From assembly GCA_965602185.1 (NCBI GenBank), contig CBFCYP010000002.1, positions 1 to 54,233 on the forward strand: a stretch of 54,233 nt of DNA, in the 5' to 3' direction. The DNA comes from an uncultured bacterium (GTDB lineage Bacteria > Zixibacteria > MSB-5A5 > UBA10806). The notes beneath the pieces were generated by a model. That model was not told where the DNA came from. It did not search any database and saw only the letters and a list, made by a program, of their open reading frames with translations. A program made the position numbers and the translations under genes. Below, one piece after another: positions 19,049 through 26,981 of the stretch. The stretch's first letter is position 1, and each line of letters starts with the position of its first letter.

Positions 19049-19933
19049 ATGATGAAACAGATGGTACTAATTTTGACCTTAAGCGGACTCATAGTTTTTG
19101 CGGGTAATCTTAAGGCCGATCCCTGGTCAAAGGCATTTGACACTGATTTCACCCTTACGCAGAACTCGTATTCGGATAGCTGGACCGGCGGCGAGGCGGG
19201 GAATATCAGCTGGGTTTGGAACGCAAACGGTATTTTCGAGAAGCAGATCAACCCGAAGTTCATGTTTAAAAACAGCTCGAAATTATCTTTTGGTCAGACT
19301 CATATCCAGGACAAAACTACAAAAGACTGGGAAAAACCTCAGAAATCCACGGACCTGATCGACATTGAAAATCTTGGTTTGTTTACGCTCCACAAGTACG
19401 TTGATCCCTATGTCGGTTTGAGGCTGGAAACGCAGTTTCTCGATGCCTCGTTTCCGGGAATCAATCGCTATCTTTCACCGGCTAAAATTACGGAATCGGC
19501 CGGTGTCGCCAGAGTTTTCTACAAGAAAGGTAAGGACGAGCTATTAAGCCGTTTCGGATTTGCTTTAAGGCAAATCATTACCGAGGATATTATCGACACT
19601 ATTCTAACGGAGACGGAAAGGAATTCGACAAACGACGGCGGCTTTGAGTCGGTCACGGACCTCAAATTAACGCTTTCGCAAACCCTTAGCTACACCTCGA
19701 AGCTCTCGCTGTATAAGGCGCTTTTCTTTTCAAATGCCGACGATTTCAAGGGCACGCCCCAGGAAGATTATTGGAAAGCCATTGACATGAACTGGGAGAA
19801 TCGCCTGACTGTGGCCGTCGCCAAGTACATTACCGTTTCATTGTACACTCAACTCCTGTACGACAAACAGTTAGATCTGCATGGCCGATTCAAGGAAACC
19901 CTGGCTCTGGGGATTACATATAAATTGTTTTAG
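19049..19933 (+). CDS. DUF3078-like outer-membrane beta-barrel protein
   Basis: Signal peptide MMKQMVLILTLSGLIVFAGNLKA. DUF3078-type motif TQNSYSDSWTGGEAGNISW. Alternating beta-strand pattern and a C-terminal aromatic residue (ITYKLF). Confidence 0.65.
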   Translation: MMKQMVLILTLSGLIVFAGNLKADPWSKAFDTDFTLTQNSYSDSWTGGEAGNISWVWNANGIFEKQINPKFMFKNSSKLSFGQTHIQDKTTKDWEKPQKSTDLIDIENLGLFTLHKYVDPYVGLRLETQFLDASFPGINRYLSPAKITESAGVARVFYKKGKDELLSRFGFALRQIITEDIIDTILTETERNSTNDGGFESVTDLKLTLSQTLSYTSKLSLYKALFFSNADDFKGTPQEDYWKAIDMNWENRLTVAVAKYITVSLYTQLLYDKQLDLHGRFKETLALGITYKLF

Positions 19934-20006
19934 TATTCCCTGAATAATTCGGAACCTCAACAGGCTGAAAAAGAAAGAGGAGGCTCCGCCGGCCGAGCCT
20001 AACACC

Positions 20007-20090
20007 ATGAATTGTTCGTTTTGTTTCACCGAGATTCCGATCAAGGCTAACCGCTGTCCTCATTGCACGTCGGAGTTAAAAGCCGCGTAG
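20007..20090 (+). CDS. Possible 27-aa zinc-ribbon miniprotein (below the ORF-track cutoff)
   Basis: [27 protein letters not shown] has the CxxC-N12-CxxC pattern. No well-placed SD (GAGGAGG lies about 25 nt upstream). Confidence 0.3.
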   Translation: MNCSFCFTEIPIKANRCPHCTSELKAA

Positions 20091-20222
20091 AGATAATATC
20101 ATAAAGGCATTGCTAGACCAAATGTCGAATTTTTTAGGGGCGAGATTACCTCGCTATTACACTTATTTTTTATAGGCAGCATTCGTTTAATTATTGCGGT
20201 GTCAGCCCCGCCTTTGGCGGGA

Positions 20223-20271
20223 ATTCCTGACGCTTTTAGCGTAGGCGGTCGGTTTATCCGGCCGCGCGTAG
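20223..20271 (+). repeat. REP-like 49-bp element, copy B (3 nt from the stop of the minus-strand LVIVD gene)
   Basis: ATTCCTGACGCTTTTAGCGTAGGCGGTCGGTTTATCCGGCCGCGCGTAG. One of the two differences from copy A converts a G-U pair of the second hairpin into C-G. Confidence 0.75.
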
Positions 20272-20274
20272 ACT

Positions 20275-22464
20275 TTATTTTATAAGAAGCATCCTCTTTA
20301 TTTCGGAATAATCGTCCGCCCGCAGCCGGTAAAAATACAATCCCGAGGACATATTATCGGCGTTACAGATAGCGGTATATGAGCCTGGCGACCGGAACTC
20401 ATCAACCAGGGTCTCGACTTTGCGGCCCAGGATATCGAAGATCTCGATAACCACCGGCGATTCGATGGGAACGTCGTATTCGATTGTAGTGCGTGCGTTG
20501 AACGGATTGGGATAATTCTCGCTTAATAAGAATTCTGATGGAAAACTTGGTTGCTCAAGCGTGCCTGTCTCCCTGTCGAGATACAGGATCATAAGGGAAT
20601 AATAATCGGCGACAAAGATATAATCTCCATCGATTTCGAGATCGAGGGCGCGGCCGGGGGTATCGTAATTCGCCATAATTCGCGGTGTTCCCAGATCGGA
20701 AATATCGACCACCTGTATGCCCGCGCTGTCGTCGGCGACTATGGCATAATCTCCGGAAACTATTACGTCCTGCGCGTAATCTTCCGTATCCACATTAAAG
20801 ATCAAGAATGGATTTGTGGGATCTTGAACATTTATAATCTGCAGGCCGTTGCCGCCGTCGGCGACGTAGGCGAAATCGCCTTCAACAAATATCCCCACAG
20901 CGTAGCCAGGAGCATCACAGTTTCCGACCAGGAGCGGATTGAGAATATCGGTTATATCGACTATATAAAGGCCGTTCTCGCGGTTAGCAATATAGGCATA
21001 ATTGCCCTGAATGCAAACGTCTTCGGTATGGCCAGGAAATTCAAGTCCTGAGGTATATGTCGGGTTTAAGGGATCAGTGATATTGATGATAATAAAACCA
21101 TAGTCACGATCGGTTGTAAATGCGAAGTAATCGGAAGCATATACCGAATTAAGATATTGCGCATCATATGATCCTACATATACAGGCGCCGAGGGATTGC
21201 TTACATCTGTTATGGACAGGCCACTGGTGTAGGCGCACGTAAAGGCGTAATTTTCCCAAACGTCTATGGCTTTGATATTACCCGGGAATTCATAATGCGC
21301 CAATACTGCTGGATTGTTTATATGGGATATATCGATTGTCCAAAGCCCATCATGTGCGCCGGCAAAGGCGACACTGTCGTTTATATCAACGACGTATAGA
21401 TAGCCGGATGCGGTATATTGACCAATGGGTTGTGGATTCTGTGGATCGGAAACATCAAATGTTAGGAAATCAGGATTGTTTCCTGCCAAATAACAATATG
21501 GGAAATCAACGTATAAGTCATTACAACCTGTTGGTAAATAATAACTTGATGTTAGGGTTGGATTAGAGGGATTAGAAATATCTATTATAAATAGTCCAAT
21601 ATCAAATTCAGAAATCGATATAATATAGGCATAATTCCCTTCGACATAGATGGATCTAATGGGTCCTATCGAAATATACTCACCGACGAAGGTCGGATTG
21701 CTGGGATCGGTGATATTAACAATTGTAAGCCAGCCTGGAGAAATATAAACGGAAACTTGAGATATATAAGCATAATCGCCCTGGACAAATACTAGATTAG
21801 CGCCGCGAGTAATATTGTAAGTTCCAACGGTATGTAAGTTTTGAATATCAGATATATCAATAATCAACAAACCTGGTGTCAGAGTGGCCAAATAGGCATA
21901 ATTCCCATCTATAAAAACGTGATAAGCATGATCGTTTGTTTCAAATTCCGCCATTAAATTAAGGTTTAGTGGATCCGATATATCTATTGCATATAAACCA
22001 TAAAATAGGTGAGAAACAAATGCATAATTTCCCGATATGTCTATAGATGTGGGTACGCTTGAAAATTGCAGGCTATCTAGTTGATAAAAAGAAGGCGCTT
22101 GTGATAAATCGAAACTCCTTACATAAGAAGTGCCGAAATTATCAGATCCAATTCTCTCTGCAATAAATGCGTAATTACCCTCAGCGGCAACGTCCGGAAT
22201 TCGCCCTCTTAATGGAATCCCATAGACTAGGAGGGGATTTTCCGGATCTTCAATAGATAAAACTTGAAAAGAATTGCTTGCTCCACAGAAGCTGTATACT
22301 CCATCAATGTCAAAGGAAATCAAATCAGTGGCAAAAAGAGCTGAGTTTATATATTGTACTTCCTGAGCATGCACAGATATACAGACTAATAAACTAGTTA
22401 TCAATAATAGAGTTAACAGTTGGTGAGGCGTTAATTTCTCCAAACCGACTCCTAATCGGACCAT
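20275..22464 (-). CDS. LVIVD-repeat beta-propeller protein with a T9SS-type C-terminal sorting domain
   Basis: Signal peptide. About 14 repeats of the form D(I/V)SDPxNPxxVGxY ... GNYAY(I/V)A ... GLxIIDIS. C-terminus ENYPNPFNARTTIEYDVP ... GLYFYRLRADDYSEIKRMLLIK is of the Por_Secre_tail / FlgD-Ig type. Confidence 0.85.
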   Translation of the reverse strand: MVRLGVGLEKLTPHQLLTLLLITSLLVCISVHAQEVQYINSALFATDLISFDIDGVYSFCGASNSFQVLSIEDPENPLLVYGIPLRGRIPDVAAEGNYAFIAERIGSDNFGTSYVRSFDLSQAPSFYQLDSLQFSSVPTSIDISGNYAFVSHLFYGLYAIDISDPLNLNLMAEFETNDHAYHVFIDGNYAYLATLTPGLLIIDISDIQNLHTVGTYNITRGANLVFVQGDYAYISQVSVYISPGWLTIVNITDPSNPTFVGEYISIGPIRSIYVEGNYAYIISISEFDIGLFIIDISNPSNPTLTSSYYLPTGCNDLYVDFPYCYLAGNNPDFLTFDVSDPQNPQPIGQYTASGYLYVVDINDSVAFAGAHDGLWTIDISHINNPAVLAHYEFPGNIKAIDVWENYAFTCAYTSGLSITDVSNPSAPVYVGSYDAQYLNSVYASDYFAFTTDRDYGFIIINITDPLNPTYTSGLEFPGHTEDVCIQGNYAYIANRENGLYIVDITDILNPLLVGNCDAPGYAVGIFVEGDFAYVADGGNGLQIINVQDPTNPFLIFNVDTEDYAQDVIVSGDYAIVADDSAGIQVVDISDLGTPRIMANYDTPGRALDLEIDGDYIFVADYYSLMILYLDRETGTLEQPSFPSEFLLSENYPNPFNARTTIEYDVPIESPVVIEIFDILGRKVETLVDEFRSPGSYTAICNADNMSSGLYFYRLRADDYSEIKRMLLIK

Positions 22465-22568
22465 AACATACCTCTATTCCGTTGGTCCTTCCTCAATTGA
22501 ACTTGTATCGACTGATGCCGAAATGTCAACAATAATATAATCTAAATATTAAAAAATACAACAGATTT

Positions 22569-24803
22569 TCATCTGATTAACGTCATTTTTTCGCTATAAA
22601 TTTTGCCACCTCCTTCAAATCTGTAGAAATATATTCCTGTAGGAACATCCTTTCCCTGCTTATTTTTGCCATTCCATTGAATGACATGATGTCCTGACTG
22701 CAAATTATCTTGAATAAGATTAATGACACTCCTCCCTAAGAGATCGTATATGGCTAGAGAGACACGACATTCCTCTGGGATTCCGAACTTAATCACTGTT
22801 GAAGAATTGAATGGATTGGGATAGTTTCCAGATATGTAAATTTCAAGGGGCAAATTTTGCTCGGAAATCTTCTCGCCTCCATTGTTGTGGGGCGTATCAT
22901 CTCTTTTTATTCCCCATAGCCTGTATCGGAGAGAAACCTCATTTGGTTCGCACGGAAACCAACCATAGTAATTTTCGTCGTCGTATACTTCATAAACAAA
23001 AGTCTGAAGCTGACATCCGGTGATTGTTTGCGTATTAGGAACCAACCGGCAAAATCCTACCTGATAATTCGGATGTGCCCCGGACCAACCAACGGTATTT
23101 TGCCCCAATCCCCATACAAAAGGAGTTTCTACGAATTGGATAGGATAGGTGACATTCACTCTGACATCATATCGAACTCCCCAATAATCGCTGCCCCAGA
23201 AAGGAGATCCGATGAAAGTCCAATCAGAAAAGACATATTGGTCCACTATTTCACCACCAGTTGCCTCGAATTGATAAAAATCCCATAAACTCTGTCCAAC
23301 TGGCGATTCAATCCTATGGATTGGGGTCGATATTCGCAATTCACCGTGACCATAATTAGGATCCCAAGTCCAAACATTATCATCACTCCGGGAATCGTCT
23401 GCAGAGTATTTTATTATCCAATCAGTATCTTCATTGTAAGGCCCTGGTTCAAAAGATTGATCATTCTCTAATAATGATCGGATTAAGGCAATAGAACCCG
23501 CAACATGTGGGCATGCGGCAGAGGTTCCACCGAAGTCATCGTAAATACCTCCGAGCTTATCTGTCGAGGGCACATGAGAACCCGGGGCTGAAATATCTGT
23601 GCCATAACCATATTTCGACCTATAGTTACAATTAGAAAAATCACAATATGCGCCGTCTTGCCCATAGGAGGCGACAGAAGTTATCCAACTATAGTCCTCA
23701 AAATCGGAAGGGTATGCCGGGTTGTTTTGCTGTCCCGGACTGTCTATATTGCCTTTGGATGCGACGAAGCTTGCACCCACCCCATATGCAAATCTTATGG
23801 CCCATCTCATGGTTTCTGAATATTGCTCCCCGCCCCAACTGTTACTCAGTATCCTACATCCAAAACCGTTGATGGGATCGGCCGCAGCCCAAATGCCTCT
23901 GGCTGCGATATTATGTCCCGGATACCAACCGGGGTCATAAAAAATTTTTATTGCATACAGCTTAGCTCCGATATCATTACTCCCATCATTCCAGCCGCCG
24001 GCAATTCCGGCCATGAAAATACTATTATTAGTCATAGCCCCGGCAATACCTGAACATAATGAACCGTGCCCATATGAACCGTAATAATCCAATGGGTCAT
24101 TGTCGTCATTGGCGTAATCATACCCCCCGGCAATTTTACTATTTGGGAAGCCAGGTCCCCCTAAATCTTCATGGTTATAGTTGACACCTGTGTCGATTAT
24201 TGCAAGTCTAATGGGAGATCCAGTCTCAACGTCCCAAGCCGGCGGACAACTAATACCGATATTGTCGTCTTTGAAATTCCATTGTATGTCCCATTCGGGG
24301 TCATTCGGAATATCATGGAGAGTTAAGAAAATATTTGGCTCGGCATAAAGCGTGGCTTCATGGGAACATAATTCTTCTATTGCTGGAATAACATCATGGC
24401 CGATTTCTTGAAGAAGTAGATAAATCTGCGACATATCCGGGACGTAGCAGGTATCATCGTATACAACCCTAATCGTATCATCGGGTTGGGCGCCAGTAAA
24501 AACCTGCTTAACCCACCAGACCTCATGTTTTTTCAAAATTTCTTTTAGACCTTCTTCCACAAAACATTCTTCAATATGTGCTTCCGTTTCTTTTTCCGGC
24601 AGTGTTAAATACCCGTATAAAAATGAAGCAATAAACTGCGAATCTACATAATCAATTCCTGGTTCTCCCGGTTCCGGAATTTCGATTACCTCTCCTGTTT
24701 CGCCTCTTATTGTCTGGCCTGGACAAATGGCGGAAACAGTTTTCACCACGACCGCGACAAGCAAAACCGTCATTAACCATGAAATTATTAATAGCCGTTT
24801 CAT
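22569..24803 (-). CDS. S8 (subtilisin-family) serine peptidase with a T9SS-type C-terminal sorting domain
   Basis: Catalytic triad contexts IAIIDTGVNYNHEDL (Asp), HGSLCSGIAGA (His) and GGTSAACPHVAGS (Ser). Signal peptide. C-terminus GNYPNPFNSSTVIKFGIPE ... GIYFYRFEGGGKIYSEKMTLIR. GGAGGG SD. Confidence 0.9.
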   Translation of the reverse strand: MKRLLIISWLMTVLLVAVVVKTVSAICPGQTIRGETGEVIEIPEPGEPGIDYVDSQFIASFLYGYLTLPEKETEAHIEECFVEEGLKEILKKHEVWWVKQVFTGAQPDDTIRVVYDDTCYVPDMSQIYLLLQEIGHDVIPAIEELCSHEATLYAEPNIFLTLHDIPNDPEWDIQWNFKDDNIGISCPPAWDVETGSPIRLAIIDTGVNYNHEDLGGPGFPNSKIAGGYDYANDDNDPLDYYGSYGHGSLCSGIAGAMTNNSIFMAGIAGGWNDGSNDIGAKLYAIKIFYDPGWYPGHNIAARGIWAAADPINGFGCRILSNSWGGEQYSETMRWAIRFAYGVGASFVASKGNIDSPGQQNNPAYPSDFEDYSWITSVASYGQDGAYCDFSNCNYRSKYGYGTDISAPGSHVPSTDKLGGIYDDFGGTSAACPHVAGSIALIRSLLENDQSFEPGPYNEDTDWIIKYSADDSRSDDNVWTWDPNYGHGELRISTPIHRIESPVGQSLWDFYQFEATGGEIVDQYVFSDWTFIGSPFWGSDYWGVRYDVRVNVTYPIQFVETPFVWGLGQNTVGWSGAHPNYQVGFCRLVPNTQTITGCQLQTFVYEVYDDENYYGWFPCEPNEVSLRYRLWGIKRDDTPHNNGGEKISEQNLPLEIYISGNYPNPFNSSTVIKFGIPEECRVSLAIYDLLGRSVINLIQDNLQSGHHVIQWNGKNKQGKDVPTGIYFYRFEGGGKIYSEKMTLIR

Positions 24804-25043
24804 TTACCCTCCCTCTAAAGCAAGGTCAATAATTAAAATGCCTAATATGCGGTATTAATCCTATTGAGATCCCCCTTTCTTTATTAAGACTATTTCCTTT
24901 GATGGCAAATTCAGAGATGTGTTGTAATGATTAAAAAAATGATATAAACATGTCAAGAAAAACCGGTTTTTCAAGGGCCCGTCCCGTAAGGTCATTAATC
25001 TACCATCAATACAAATATTGCAAAAAAATATTCCCCTCGCCTC

Positions 25044-25071
25044 TTGACATTCATTATTAATTGCTTATATT
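25044..25071 (+). promoter_or_regulatory. Sigma70-type promoter of the riboflavin operon leader
   Basis: TTGACA (25044-25049), a 16-nt spacer, then TATATT (25066-25071), just upstream of the riboswitch P1 stem. Confidence 0.55.
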
Positions 25072-25074
25072 TAC

Positions 25075-25202
25075 GCTGTCTTCGGGGCGAGGCGGAAATC
25101 CTCGACCGGCGGTGAAAGCCCGCGAGTCCCCCGCAGAATGTGGGGGGCAGAGCCTGCGTAATCCCGGCGCCGACGGTTACAGTCCGGATGGGAGAAGACG
25201 GC
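25075..25202 (+). promoter_or_regulatory. FMN riboswitch (RFN element) aptamer
   Basis: GTCTTCGGGGCGAGGCGGAAATCCTCGACCGGCGGTGAAAGCCCGCGAG ... GCCGACGGTTACAGTCCGGATGGGAGAAGAC matches the conserved RFN core. P1 pairs GCTGTCTTC with GAAGACGGC. It sits upstream of ribD. Confidence 0.92.
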
Positions 25203-25226
25203 TAATAGTATGCCATCTTTAATTTA

Positions 25227-25250
25227 CCCCCCGAGATATGGGGTTTTTTT
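25227..25250 (+). terminator. Candidate expression-platform hairpin with a U7 tract (terminator and/or SD sequestrator)
   Basis: CCCC(CC)-GAGATAT-GGGG followed by TTTTTTT (25244-25250). The stem is short (4-5 bp), so the call is tentative. Confidence 0.35.
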
Positions 25251-25251
25251 G

Positions 25252-26325
25252 TTGGCGGACTTTGAAAAATTAATGCGCGAGGCCTTCAAACTGGCCGAGA
25301 AGGGACTGGGCTACACAAGCCCCAATCCGCCGGTGGGCGCGATTATCTACAAGGACGGGGATGTAATATCCCGCGGATATCACCGACGCGCGGGCGCTCC
25401 CCATGCCGAAATCGAAGCTATAAATAAAGCCGACGGTAAAACCCGGAACTCAACCATAATCACTACCCTTGAACCATGTTCGCATCATGGCAAAACCCCG
25501 CCCTGCGCCGACGCTTTGATTAAAGCCGGAGTTAAAACGGTTGTGAGCGCGATCGAGGATAGAAATCCGGCGGTTTCCGGCAAAGGATTCAAAAAGCTCA
25601 GAGCTTGCGGCATAGAGGTAATAAATGGAGTCGGGGAAGATTACGCCCAAAAATTCTATCGCCCTTATTTCAAATACATCACCACCGGCATGCCATATGT
25701 AACTGTAAAATTCGCGCAGAGCATAGACGGCAGAATCGCCACCGCCGCCGGCCATTCCCGCTGGATATCGTCGCCGCAATCGCTGAAATTCGCGCATAAA
25801 CTGCGAGCTATTAACGACGCCGTGCTGGTGGGGGTGAATACCCTCGAAAGAGATGATCCTCTCCTCACGACCCGGCTCGTTAAAGGACCTAATCCGGTCA
25901 GGATTGTGCTATCCGCGTCCGGCAAACTGAATTTAGAACGCAAGCTCTTTAACGATAATACTGCCCGCACTATAGTGGCCGCCGGCAGAAATTCCCGTAT
26001 GAAGCCAAAAGATAATTATGAAATTATGTATCTAAAAAGACAATCGGGCGCTCTTTCTCTACGAGATTTACTTAAAAAGCTGGGTAAGATGGGTATTATG
26101 ACTTTGCTGGTCGAGGGCGGCTCGGAGGTTATTACCTCTTTTCTGAAACAAAAGTTGGCGGACAAAGTTATTATTTGCGTGGCGCCGATTATGATCGGCA
26201 GGGGCGTGAATTCGACCGGCGACCTGGGGATTAAAAAGGTTTCCGGAGCATTAAAGTTCGACGAAGTCGAATGGAGTAAATCGGGCCCGGATATGATCAT
26301 GTCCGGCAGACCGATCTGGAGATAA
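25252..26325 (+). CDS. ribD: Bifunctional riboflavin biosynthesis protein RibD (pyrimidine deaminase / uracil reductase)
   Basis: Deaminase motifs HAEIEAI and PCSHHGKTPPC, followed by a reductase domain. The start is uncertain. TTG 25252 gives MADFEKLMREAFKLA, parallel to known RibD N-termini. ATG 25273 is possible. The ORF-track ATG 25210 would place the U-tract hairpin inside the CDS. Confidence 0.9.
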   Translation: MADFEKLMREAFKLAEKGLGYTSPNPPVGAIIYKDGDVISRGYHRRAGAPHAEIEAINKADGKTRNSTIITTLEPCSHHGKTPPCADALIKAGVKTVVSAIEDRNPAVSGKGFKKLRACGIEVINGVGEDYAQKFYRPYFKYITTGMPYVTVKFAQSIDGRIATAAGHSRWISSPQSLKFAHKLRAINDAVLVGVNTLERDDPLLTTRLVKGPNPVRIVLSASGKLNLERKLFNDNTARTIVAAGRNSRMKPKDNYEIMYLKRQSGALSLRDLLKKLGKMGIMTLLVEGGSEVITSFLKQKLADKVIICVAPIMIGRGVNSTGDLGIKKVSGALKFDEVEWSKSGPDMIMSGRPIWR

Positions 26326-26326
26326 G

Positions 26327-26962
26327 ATGTTTACGGGGATAATTCAGGATATTGGAAAAGTCGCATCGGTAGTTAAGCGAGGGGGCAATCTCGTCCTGAG
26401 TGTTCACTCCGACAGGTTATCGCCGCAATTGCAGGTCGGCTCCTCGGTGGCGATCAACGGCGCCTGCCAGACTGTAATGGAGATACATAAAAACAGTTTC
26501 GTTGTCGAGGCGATTTCGGAGACTCTCGAAAAGACGAACTTGGGCGAATTAAAGACCGGCTCCAGCGTTAATCTGGAGTTGCCGCTTACTCCGCAAAGTT
26601 TGCTGGATGGTCACCTGGTGCAGGGCCATGTCGATTGCACCGGGAAAATATCGAGAATCACGCCGCTGTCCGGCAGTACGATTTTCGGGGTTGAATACCC
26701 GGTTGAATTCGACAGGTATCTTATCATTAAAGGCTCCGTCGCGGTGGACGGGATAAGCTTGACGGTGGTGAATACGTCATCGGGGGCGTTCGAGATCGCG
26801 ATTATACCCCATACTTTGAAAAATACGATTTTAGCGAATAAGAAAGTCGGCGATTTTGTTAACCTGGAGTTCGATATGATCGCCAAGTATATCGAAAAAC
26901 AGATTTCGACCGGGAAAAAAGAATTAACTATAGATTTTTTAAAGGAGCACGGTTTTTCATAA
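26327..26962 (+). CDS. ribE: Riboflavin synthase (alpha subunit)
   Basis: MFTGIIQDIGKV N-terminus and a duplicated lumazine-binding repeat (GSSVAINGACQTV / GSVAVDGISLTVV). Confidence 0.95.
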   Translation: MFTGIIQDIGKVASVVKRGGNLVLSVHSDRLSPQLQVGSSVAINGACQTVMEIHKNSFVVEAISETLEKTNLGELKTGSSVNLELPLTPQSLLDGHLVQGHVDCTGKISRITPLSGSTIFGVEYPVEFDRYLIIKGSVAVDGISLTVVNTSSGAFEIAIIPHTLKNTILANKKVGDFVNLEFDMIAKYIEKQISTGKKELTIDFLKEHGFS

Positions 26963-26981
26963 AGTAAAACCGTGAAATGCT

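Noticed and set aside
24957-24972. Perfect 16-bp palindrome GAAAAACCGGTTTTTC next to a TTGACA in the S8-peptidase / rib divergent spacer
   Set aside because: About one perfect 8+8 palindrome is expected by chance in a window of this size (54,000 x 4^-8 is roughly 0.8). It is AT-rich, and I could identify no matching regulator or second copy.
25210-25251. ATG 25210 as the ribD start (ORF track)
   Set aside because: It would place the P1-alternative pairing segment and the hairpin with its U7 tract inside the CDS. It would also add about 14-21 residues not expected from known RibD N-termini. It is not fully excluded.
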